DNA of 64,000 nt from Mobula hypostoma (Eukaryota): assembly GCF_963921235.1 (NCBI RefSeq), contig NC_086097.1, forward strand, positions 97,652,001 through 97,716,000, given 5' to 3'. The notes under the pieces are model-generated. The model saw nothing but the letters and a program-made list of their open reading frames with translations, made no database searches and was not told the origin of the DNA. Shown in pieces: positions 50,627-61,949 of this stretch (position 1 is its first letter; every line of letters begins with the position of its first letter). The position numbers and the translations under genes are program-made.

Positions 50627-51699
50627 GGCACTGTTGTCTTTACTTACACTATTTAACTGCGTATGATTTACCAGGGCAGCACAGGTGCATATAACAGACT
50701 TTGATGAAACCATAACATTGCTGTAGTTTACAATAATTCAGAGAATAAAGCATACATTACATCTCCCTCCTCTCACCTCATAATGTATTAGTAACTACTA
50801 ATTCATTCAGTTTTTCCCAAAACATAATATCAATGTTCTTCCAACCCAATTTCTAAAATACTTTTAATATGGTCATATTCATCTAGTCCTGAGTACCAGA
50901 GCTTTCAAAAACCATCATGGCCAGCTGACAGCACACTATGAAAAAGAAAGCTGAGTAATCTTTGGCTGAGGGTAATGTAGATTGTTCTTCTTCATGCCCC
51001 TATTCTGAGCTGAATGGATAAACAGCAGATGAACATGATTTTCAATTTAAGAAATGCCCTCATATCCTTCCCACAATCTCTTTGACCTCCTGCCGTCAGG
51101 CAGAAGGTACCACAGCACAGCATTAGAACCAGCACTGTCAGGCTGAGTAACAGCTTCTTCCCCCTGGCTGGCAGACTTCTTAACAGCCTGCTACCACCCA
51201 GCACACAGGAACACCCTGTCTGAATGCCCTGGCGCTCCCCAACTCAAAGGCACGCTCTTATCCTGTACTGGTCACTTTTCATCATTGATTGCTGCTGCTT
51301 CATATATATGACTGCTGTTTCATTATGATAGTGCCAGTGACATTTAATAAGCGTGCACCCTGCACTTTATGTCAACCTGTCAATCTTCAGGCCATGTCAC
51401 TCGGGGAATGATGCTAATGTTATTTTGTAATTCTGTGTGCAGGATTGTAACTATATGTGCTGTGTGTGACTATATGGACTGTGTTTTGCACTTTGGCCCC
51501 AAAACAACGATGTTTTATTTAGCTATATATGTGTGTGGTTGAATGACAATAAACTTCAAAGTTCAAGATAGGAGCACAGTTAAAAGAATGAATGTTTCTT
51601 CGAAGCATACTAGCGCTCTAAGATGACTCCACATGAATACTTGTAGGTGATTCTTTCTGCCTGTGTCTTCATTTGCTTTGTTCTTCTGTCCAAGTTATA

Positions 51700-52995
51700 T
51701 AGAAGTACGGCATGTAACAAACCATTCAACGCAACTCATCCATCCTGCCCACCAAGTTTACCTATGTCTGGCCCATATCTCCCATCCATGTACTTATCCA
51801 AATGACTTTTAAATGCTGTTATTTTAGCTGCTTCAACCATTTCCTCTGGCAGCTCATTCCATAAATGCACCACCCTCTGTGAAGAAGATGCTGTAAGTCT
51901 CTTTCAGATCTTTCACTTTAAACCTATGCCCTCTAATTTTTAGCTTCCCTTCCATGGGGAAAAAGCCTGTATGTAATCACCTTCGCTACACCTGTCATGA
52001 TTTTATACAGCTCTATAAGGTCATTCTTCAATCTCCTACATGCCAAGGAATAAAGTCGCAGACTGCTCAACCTCTCCCTATAGTCCTCATTGAGGGATCA
52101 GAGGTGGAAAGGATGAGCAGTTTCAAGTTCCTGGGTGTCAGCATCTCTGAGGATCTATCCTGGACCCAACATATTGATGCAGTTACAAAGAAGGCATGAG
52201 TTTTACGAAATTTGGTATGTCAACAAAGACACTTGCAAATTTCTACATATGTACCATGGAGAACATTCTAACTGGCTGCATCACCGCCTGGTATGGCATG
52301 GGAGGCACTGCACAGGATTGAAATAGCTAGTGCAAGTTGTAAACTCAGCCAGCTCCATCATAGGCACTAGCCTCCCCAGCATCGAGGACATCTTCACGGC
52401 GTGATGCCTCAAAAAAGCGGCATCAGTCATTAAGGAGCCCATCTCGCAGGACATGCCCTCTTCTCATTCTTACCATGAGGGAGGAGGTACAGGACTTGAA
52501 GATACACAAATCAACGTTTCAGGAACGTCTTCTTACCCTCTGCCATGACTGATTTAAGGCCAGCATGCTAAATACCTTCTTCACCATGCTGTCTACTTGA
52601 CACCATTTTCAGCATATCATATACTTGTACTCTTGGGTCCCTCTGTTCCATAACATTTCCTAGGGCCCAACATATAAGTCCTATCCTGGTTTGACTTCCT
52701 GAAAAAGCAACACCTTACACTTTTCTGAATTGATAGGTATTTGCCAATCCTTGATCCACTTACCTAGCTGATCAAGATTCCTCCCCCCCACCCCATAATT
52801 TTTGATAAGCTTCTTTCACTGTCTGCAATACCACCTATTGTAGTATTATCTGTAAACTTATAAACCAGGGCTTGTATATTCACATCCGAATTGTTTATAT
52901 AAATAATGAACAATAGGGGTCCCAGGACTGACCCCTGTGGCACACCACTAGTATCAGGCCTCCAATCTGAGAAACAACCTTCTAATGTCACTCAC
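51700..52995 (-). mobile_element. Degenerate CR1 LINE with a nested + strand Rex-type fragment (~52083-52545)
   Basis: [32 protein letters not shown] (52764-52991); nested LIEGSEVERMSSFKFLGVSISEDLSW. Confidence 0.75.
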
Positions 52996-53596
52996 ATGCT
53001 CCAGCCAGTTGCAGGTTCAAAGGTTCAGTGTTTTTCTAATCTGTGGCAGGTGATATAATAGCATTTAGTTCTCTGTCAGCACAGTAATCTAAGCATAACA
53101 TGTACACTCAGTTTAGGGCATTGCATGAATTCTTCATGTCACTACTTACTAGAAAAGGATTTCAGAAGTGTTGCTGTTAGTATGCCCTGACCATAGATCA
53201 GTAAGTGATTCAAATAGAGGTTGTTATCTTGTTGTTCCAAACTTGCTAGCAAATATTTCATGAGAGGAGGGATATGAAGGATGGGCTTGTTATCATATAA
53301 AGTATTGCCTGAATTCCTGATATTTCCTATCCCTTAGTTATACATGCGCACACACAGACAGACAGTCAAACAGGCATGCACACACACACACACAATGTTT
53401 CACAATTACGGACAGAAATGGACAATAGTAGTATATAATCTGAAAATACTTTACAGTCTCTATGAGAATGTACAATAAGTAGTAAACCATTTGCATTATT
53501 AATATGAAGACTCTTTTTAACAAGTGAAGATTATATTTTTGTGGGATAATCTAATTTTGAATCAATAACATGCATTTTTTTTTTCTTTGCAAACAG

Positions 53597-53780
53597 TTAG
53601 ATGGAAAAGGTTCAATCAAGGAACTTTTTCCGACCGGGAAACAACTGGAGCCTCTCGTAACTCCCTTGGAGGACCAAAAGGTGGCAGTTGGGCAAGATGA
53701 CTTAACAGTGGTTCTGAACAAAGATGGAATCTGCACTCAGAAATGTGCCCTGAACTGGACTGATATCCCTCTTGCTATGG
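53597..53780 (+). CDS. VPS39: VPS39 internal coding exon (184 bp)
   Basis: aaacag|TTA..ATG G|gtatat; LDGKGSIKELFPTGKQLEPLVTPLEDQKVAVGQDDLTVVLNKDGICTQKCALNWTDIPLAM. Confidence 0.97.
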
Positions 53781-55299
53781 GTATATAAAATTTAAATTAT
53801 TCCTTGTTTTTAATCTTTTCTATTAATATTTTCACAGGATTCCTATAAATGTTAGTATTCGCAGAACTGCACAAGGATGGAAAATGATAGATACAGCCCA
53901 TTCAGAGCAAATTGTAGCACCAGATTTGTACCTCAAGAAGAATTTGAAAAGCTTAACGATATTTGTCATTTTTCTTTCCCAAATAAATGTGGAAGCAAGA
54001 TTTCCATCCCGTCCCCTCACTCTTGTTATTTTCTGAATATTCCCATCTGCAAAGACAAAGAAGCGAAAGAATTAAAAGTGACAAGAGGAAATATTTTTTG
54101 CATAGCAAGTAATTATGATATGGATTGGCTACATAATTTATCTTCTTAAGAGGTAATGAATCCAAAAGTAGACAAACAGTTAGAAGTAGTTATACTTGCC
54201 CATCATTTTTGTTCCTGATTATTGTTGTTGAAACTTTCTCCGCAACTAGTTTAACTCAGTACAGTATCATAGACTGAAGGGCCTTTTCTTATGCTGGACT
54301 CTTCTATGTTCTACTCAGGTTAAGTTAGTTACTCTGTAGTTACTGCACAATTATTTATTCAGCTTTTTTTCAGATGAGCATCCCTCTGAATCTGCAATTA
54401 TCTTCCCATGCTAGCTTAAGGTGCTTTCTGAGCAAGTGATTTATCTAGTAAGTGAAGCCAGCCTTTCTAGTACGTTCTCTTTATTATATTTTAGCCCACC
54501 CGGAATCTCAACTATACCTCCAGCTGCTGACACTCCAGCATGCTCATTTTCATTGACCTTTCTGGATATTTCACATTGATATTTGGCCTGGTATAGTTCC
54601 CAGAATCAATTCCAGTAATACCATCTCCTCATTGGGTTACAGTAACTACAGATAAACTTGAGTTCTCTTGGAATACACTTCAGAAACTCCTCTTCAAACC
54701 TTTACCTCTTTCCTCTATCCTCTCGTAGCTTCTGAGTAACACACACAAAATGCAGGAGAAGCTCAGTAGGTCAGGCAGCATTTATGGAAAGGAATAAACT
54801 GTTGACGTTTTGGGTCAAGAACCTTATCAGGGCTGGAGTCAATCTTTTTATTATTGCCACATGTAGCCCATCTACTTAGTATTCTTCCTCCCCCAGGGTT
54901 GAGGTCTGGTGTTTCTGTAGCTCTGGGTTTTTATGGGATAGGCTTGCTAGCCTCATGCCCAACCCTCCTCCTTTCACAGCTGGGCTTGGGACTCTCCGTG
55001 GCTGTGTTATACATTTCTCCAATTTCCCTGTAGGTTTGCTGTTCATTATCCTTCTGACTAATTGGTGGTCTTTAGAATTAACTGGAAGTATGAAGGCACA
55101 ATTAGCATTTTTACACTCTAAACAGATAAATTCTGCCCTTGGTCATTCTTGGATACTGTTCCCTCCAGCACACAGTATACCCTTTTCTCAAAATGCTCAT
55201 CAACACCCCCTCCCCTGCCATCCTTCTCTCTTTCCCTACTGGTTCGGGCACCGTTAAAGTGCTGTACACTTGACCTTCACGGGGTTCCACATTGCACTG

Positions 55300-56350
55300 G
55301 AATGAGAAACAGGTTTAATATCACTGGCATATGCCGTGAAACTTGTTAACTTAGCAGCAGCGGTATAATGCAAAACGATAATATAGAGAAAAAAATAAGA
55401 AATAAATAAGTAAATCAATAAATCATTACTGTAAGTGTGTGTGTGTGTGTATATATATAAAATTTAAAATGGTGCAAAAACAAATAATATAAAAACAACA
55501 AGAAAGTGAGGTAGTGTTCATGGGTTTGATGTCCATTTAGGAACTGGACGGCAGAGGGGAAGAAGCTGTTCCTGAATCACTGAGTGTATGCCTTCAGGCT
55601 TCTGAACCTCCTTCCTAATAGTAACAATGAGAAGAGGTCATGTCCTGAGTGATGGGAATCCTTAATAATGAATGCCGACTTTCTGAGGCACCGCTCCTTG
55701 AAGATGTCTTGGATACTATGGAGGCTAGTACCCAAGATAGGGCTGACTAATTTTACAACTTTCTGTAGCTTCTTTTGATCCTGTGCAGTAGCCACTGCAC
55801 CCCGCCCCCCCCCCCCATACCTGACAGAGATGCAGCCTGTCAGTATGCTCTCCACAGGGCATCTGTAGAAGTTTTCAAGTGTTTTAGGTGACAAACCAAA
55901 TCCCCTCAAACTCCTAATGAAACATAGCCGCTGTCTTACCTTCTTTATAGCTGCATCGATATGTTGGGACCAGGTTAGATCCTCAGAGGTCTTGACACCC
56001 AGGAACTTGAAACTGCTCACTCTCTCCACGTCTGATCCCTCTATGAGGATTAGTTCGTGCTCCCCCGTCTTACCCTTCCTGAAGTCCACAATCAGCTCTT
56101 TGGTTGAGTGCAAGGTTGTTGCTGTGACACCACTCAACTTGCCGATATTCTCTCTCCTGTACGCTCTGGTCTCCATCTGAGATTCTGCCGACAGTGGTTG
56201 TATCATCAGCAAATTTGTAGATGGCATTTGAACTATACCTACCCACACAGCCATGGGTACAGAGAAAGTAGAGCAGTGGGCAACATCGTTAAGGTGCACC
56301 AATGTTGATCGTCAGTGAGGAGGAGATATTATTACCAATACACACTTCTA
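55300..56350 (-). mobile_element. Rex1/Babar-type LINE 3' part
   Basis: [38 protein letters not shown]..; same family as 1-1000. Confidence 0.88.
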
Positions 56351-56894
56351 AATCCTTTCCTCTTGCACTATCCTTCCAGCCATAATTTGTCTGGTGTATT
56401 TCTGGAGTCATACAGTACAGAAATAGGTCCATTGAGCTTTTATATTTATGTCAACTATGGTAACCCTTTTCACATGCTTTCTGGATGCCCTGATGCATGG
56501 ATTTAGAGTCAACTTGACTTCCTGATGACTGATCGCTTACCTTGCATTCTATTTGATTACTTGACAATTGAGCTTAATTCTATATTCACCAGGTCTTGAT
56601 ATGTGCTGTCTAAGTATAAATCAATGAATAGTTTTATTCCCTTCCAGTCTACGTCACAGATGACATTGCCAAACTGTAGAATAGCAGATGATCAGCTGTG
56701 GGTAGGTAATTCAGCATTATCCACGAATTAATATTGAATCTACTGTGGAGATCTGTGATTTGCTTGAAGAATACTTAACAGAGGGGATGGTGAAAAATGG
56801 ATCATAAAAACACTGTAAAGGAATTTCCAAAATTTCTCAGTGAAAGGTGTTTCTCATGACTCATATCCACTTAATTTATTTATAATTCCAATAG

Positions 56895-57015
56895 AACATC
56901 AGTCTCCTTATATCATAGCCGTGCTGCCACGATACGTAGAGATTCGTACCTTTGAGCCACGGCTGCTGGTACAGAGTGTGGAGCTGCAAAGGCCCCGGTT
57001 TATCACATCTGGAGG
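56895..57015 (+). CDS. VPS39: VPS39 internal coding exon (121 bp)
   Basis: caatag|AA..GG|gtaagt; (E)HQSPYIIAVLPRYVEIRTFEPRLLVQSVELQRPRFITSG(G). Confidence 0.97.
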
Positions 57016-57250
57016 GTAAGTGTGCACTATCCTTTCACTACTATATTATATTCCAAATCAGATGCAAATTACAAAGCAAGGAGGGCATCAGCAGGAATTT
57101 AATCTTTCCGAGATAGACATTATAACTTGTCCAAGAATTGCAGCATCTCAGTTAGAAACTACCCTAATGTCTCATTCCAGATTATTAACAGTGCAGATGT
57201 ATTAGTTTGAAATGTAGGGATACACACTATAAGAATGATATTACCCAGTA

Positions 57251-57970
57251 CAGGTATCCCCTGCTTTTCGAAAGTTCGCTTTACACCACTTCGCTTTTAC
57301 GAAAGACCTACATTAGTACCTGTTTTTGCTACCCGAGAGAAATCCGAAGAGGATTTTCACTTGTATGAAAAAAGGCGAAAAGCGAAAATAGCGTTCAGCG
57401 TTTGGTTTGCAGCGAGCTGTTATAGAGGCAGCGCGCACCCCGGGCAGTGAGAGTGGCGCCAAGCTCCTTCCCCGGGAACTACACTCAGCATCTCGGCATC
57501 AAGCCGCCATAGCTTTGAACTGTGTCTGTGAGCATCTGTGCTTTATCTCCATTTATTTTGTGCATCCGTTAGCAAGATGTGTCCTAAGGTATCAGAAAAG
57601 CCTAAGAGAGCTCGTAAAGGTGTTACGCTTAGCGTAAAACTGGACGTAATTAAGTATTTCGATCGTGGTGAACGAAATAAAGACATTGTGCATGCGTTGA
57701 ACTTGCCTGCATCCACCATTCGTACTATTTACCCACAGAGAGAAAGAGTCTTGAAAGCTGCCAATGTTACTATTGGTTCTGCTAATAGCAAAGTGGTCTC
57801 TTTTAGTAGGCATCCAGTAATGGATAAAATGGAAAGTCTATTGCTTGAGTGGATTGATAGGTGTACAAAGCGTGGTATTCCGTTAAGTTATCGTATACTT
57901 GAGGAGAGATTAGTCAGTCTTTTTAATAAGCTGAAACAGAAAACACTGGACAATGGTGATGAAAGTTGTG
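57251..57970 (+). mobile_element. Tigger/pogo-like transposon 5' fragment (psq-HTH + CENP-B HTH)
   Basis: TA|CAGGTATCCCC left end; ATG 57577 MCPKVSEKPKRARKGVTLSVKLDVIKYFDRGERNKDIVHALNLPASTIRTI..MESLLLEWID..RGIPLS; no DDE domain or right TIR seen. Confidence 0.88.
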
Positions 57971-60350
57971 TTATCATACAACAAAACAGTATAAAATGGA
58001 GTAATTCTGTGGATGAATTTCCATCAAATCTTTCAAAAGATTTATCTTCTCTGCTCCTCTGCCATATTTCTGTTTTCCTTATTAAAGTACTTGTCCAATT
58101 TCCTTTTATATCTATTTCCATCATACCTTTGGGAACTACTTTACAATCCGAGCTATTAAAATCTGTCTCCACCAGTCATCATCACAAACATTGCAAAATT
58201 TCTCTAATCTATCTTTTAGCCTCTCACCACAGAGGAGAACTATCCAATAATCTAATAACATTCACTAATCAGTCCAATAAATGTAATCCATTATCACTGG
58301 TAAATCTCTTTTATATCTAATTAAAAACCTTTAGTCTTATGCTATCATTATTCTAAAATGAATGAACTACTAGCCTAATTTCCTATAATCTATGTCCATT
58401 TATGAAGCTCAGAATCCAAACATGGAGCACTGGCTGTGTATTGATGATGATTCTTTTGGCTAAGTGTATCATCTCACAGTCTCCTACACTGAATTTCAAT
58501 TGCCATTTGCTTTCCTACCCCATCACTGCATTAAAGCCAACTGCTACCTTTCCTGTTCTTAATAATACTTCAGCATTTTGCTGCCTGCAAATTTTGAAAT
58601 TATGTCCTACACCTTTGGTCTAAATGTAAATTGATAGATTGATCTATTATTGTCTCATAAACAAGGTACAGTGGAAAAAATGTTGTTTTACAAACATATC
58701 ACTTTATCACATGAGTAATTTGAGATAGTATAACAGAATGCAGAATAAGAGAAAATACAATGCATATAGACAATAAGGTGCAAGGCCATGATGCAGTACG
58801 TATATTGCAAGATCAAGGGACCATCTTATTCTACAAGGGAAATGTTCAATAGTCATATAACAGCAGAATGGAAGCTGTCCTTGAACCTGGCTGTATGTGC
58901 TTTCAGGCTTTATTATCTTCTGACCTATGGGAGAGGGTAGCAGAGAAAATGACCGGGGGGAGGAGGGGGAGGTGGTGGCTTTGATTATGTTGGCTGTTTT
59001 TTCAGGGCAGCAAGAAGCATAGACAGGGTCTATGGGGGAGGCTGTTTCTAGTGATATGCTGAGCTATGTCACGCAAAAAAATGTTGAACGAGGGGGGAAC
59101 GCAAGTGTATATCTTCCTCTTAACAGAAGATTTAATTCGTGTTGTATTGTTATTTAGGTTTTTACCAATTAAGTTCTCCATTAATGCCCTGTGAACATAA
59201 ACAAGTGTTTGTGCTCTTCACTGCACAAAATTGTAACGTTGAGTCAGGTTTGCAGGTCTGGCAAGTGAGACAGAAAACACTGACTACAAATAATTATATT
59301 GTTCATTTATTTATAAACAGTAAAAATTCAACCAAACATTCAAGTTATAGACACTACAAAGTTGAATGTTCAACAAGCGTGCTTTAATAAACATACATTC
59401 AATAAACATACTTAGCTAAAAGTGCGCACAGAGCATGCCTTCCCAGTGGTTATGTGCACCCTTGCCTTAAACAAAGGAAGAGAGAGCAAGCCTCTTCCAC
59501 GTGTTATACCTGAGATATTTGAACTAGACACCAGGTGACTAACCAATGGGAAAAGCAGCTGCAGTTTCTAAACTAACCAATCATGACAGAAGCGACTTTC
59601 AGCAACCGGAATAAGCCATGCCCCCCACCACCACCACAGAGGACCCAAGTATATTTGCATTCCTTCTGGGATTTTTAATTTGGTGCTGACCTGTAAATAA
59701 ATGTACCACCAACGCAGAACATTTCGAAACTCTTCTAAAATTCTACTTTTTTAATTTGGCCTACTTTTAGGATTACTTAATGCCTGTTTATATAATTTAG
59801 TAAATTCAATTACATTTTATTCTATATAATGTTTGCCTTTACTTATGATTTTAAATTTGTTTCGTATTCTATGACTATATTGATTTATCATTACAACCTT
59901 TGTAAAGCAGTTTGAGCCTACATTTTGATGTATGAATGATGCTATATAAATAAAGTTATTATTAATATCAATTTTCTCCCTGTTTCTAAACTAATAACAT
60001 CTTTTTGTTGCACAGTACATCTGGCAATCTCAGAGCCTCCATTTTTTCTTTCACTATGTAATTATTATTGTCATTAGCTATAAGGCCTATATATTTGAAT
60101 ATCTGTATAGATTTGTTGACTTCATTGAAATCATGCAGATTTGTTTGGATCAAGAATGTAAAGGCAAAATACTCATCTGAAAGCTGTTTTACCTTGCATT
60201 CCTCCTGTAGAAGAAGGCTGAATTTCTTAATTTCACAGTCAAAGAGCTTCTCTTCATTTGCTTATTATTAATCTGGAAGCTGGACAAATGTAGTGTTTTC
60301 ATCTGTCTCTCTACCTTTCTCACCTGCGGGCCACATTTTTTTCTTCCCAG

Positions 60351-60471
60351 GTCTAATATTGTTTACGTAGCTAGTAATCACTTCGTGTGGAGACTGGTAC
60401 CTGTTTCAATTGCAACTCAGATTCGACAGCTTCTTCAAGACAAGCAATTTGAACTAGCTTTGCAACTTGCT
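60351..60471 (+). CDS. VPS39: VPS39 internal coding exon (121 bp)
   Basis: tcccag|G..GCT|gtaagt; SNIVYVASNHFVWRLVPVSIATQIRQLLQDKQFELALQLA. Confidence 0.97.
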
Positions 60472-61015
60472 GTAAGTATTTATGGAAGTTAACCTCTGGA
60501 TATTGCATGTTTTTTTAAATTACTGTTAAAATACAGTGAATATCAACTTGCATTGCTTGTCCTTATATCTCCCTGATGCAAGAGGGTATGATGATCTTAG
60601 CTTTGATAATACCCTTGATTGCTGTATTTAATGTACTTAATTAAGTGAAATGGCACGGTAATTGTTTGCAAATTAATGTCTTCCTTATGATTTTGAGATG
60701 TCCAAGATATTTCGGACTATTCTGCATACTTTATATTGGGAACTAAAAAAAGTAAAATGTTGGAAGCACACAGCAGCTTGGGCAGCGTTAATGGAAGGGG
60801 AAATAGAGTTAAAATCTAGCCAAGCGCCTTTAGTCAGTCAGAACTGTGAAAGAGAGAAAACAAGTTTGTTTGCATTTGCAGTGAAAGTTGGAAAGGATGA
60901 CTCCAAAGATAAGATCTAGTAAAATGAGGCCGAAATTACAAGCGATTAAGTTGTACAGATGTTCCATTTGATGGGTTAAAGGGGCAGTGTGTGTGAAAGG
61001 GAGATGTACTGCTGA

Positions 61016-61248
61016 GCAACACACACAAAATGTTACAGAAACTCAGCAGGTCTGGCAGTATCTATGGAGAGGAATAAAGAGTCAATGTTTTGGGCCAGAA
61101 CCCATCATCGGGCCTCCAGATAAAAGGTCTCTGCCTGAAACTTCAGCTTTTTATTCCTCTCCATAGATGCTGCCTGATTTACTGAGTTCCTACAGCATTT
61201 TGTGTGAGTTACTCTGGATTTCCAGCATCTACAGAATTTCTTGTGTTT
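61016..61248. repeat. Head-to-head (fold-back) pair of Penelope-derived hammerhead repeats
   Basis: 61016-61113 is an imperfect reverse complement of 61114-61212 (e.g. atctatggagaggaataaa / tttattcctctccatagat). Confidence 0.8.
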
Positions 61249-61249
61249 A

Positions 61250-61810
61250 TGCATTCCTGAGGCTCTACAAGGTATTGATCAAAAAACATTTGCAGTATTG
61301 TGAACAGTTTTGGGCCCCTTATCTAAGAAAGGATGTGTTGGCATTGAAGAGGGACAAGAAGGTTTCTGGGGATGAAAGGGTTAACATGTGAGGAGTGTTT
61401 TATGGCTCTGGATCTATACTTGCTGGAGTAGAGAAGAATGAGGGAGAGTATCTCATTGAAATCTATCAAATATTTAAAAACCAAGATAGAGTGGACATGG
61501 GGAGGATGTTTCCAAGAATGGGAGAGTCTAGGGCCAGTGGGCACTGCCTCAGAATAGAGGGAGTCCAATTAGAACAAAGGTGAGGAGGAATTTCTCTAGC
61601 CAGAGGTATTGAACCTGTGGAATTCATTGCCACAGATGACTGTGAAGGCCAAGTTATTGGGTATATAGTCAAAGCAGAGGTTGATAGGTTCTTGATTAGT
61701 AAGGGCTTCAAAGATAACACAGAGAAGGCAGGAGAATGGGATTGAGAGGGAAAATGAATCAGCTATATTAGAATGCCCTAATTCTGGTCCTATGTTTTAT
61801 TGTCTTATGA
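61250..61810 (+). mobile_element. Degenerate CR1 LINE 3' fragment
   Basis: RLYKVLIKKHLQYCEQFWAPYLRKDVLAL; DRVDMGRMFP..GESRASGHCLRIEG; tail tgtcttatg. Confidence 0.85.
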
Positions 61811-61949
61811 TTTCATAGCTTAATTTCTTCATGTTTTATTTCACTGACTTCCATCTAGAAATGGTGAGTGGAGAAGAAGGTGGAAGATTATAACATATGA
61901 TGTTAAGGCATCAGACAAAGTCAGGAAGCAAAAGGTTGACCATGGTACA

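Noticed and set aside
53781..53790. GTATAT donor as a U12-type intron
   Set aside because: Lacks the RTATCCTT consensus; treated as a weak U2-type donor
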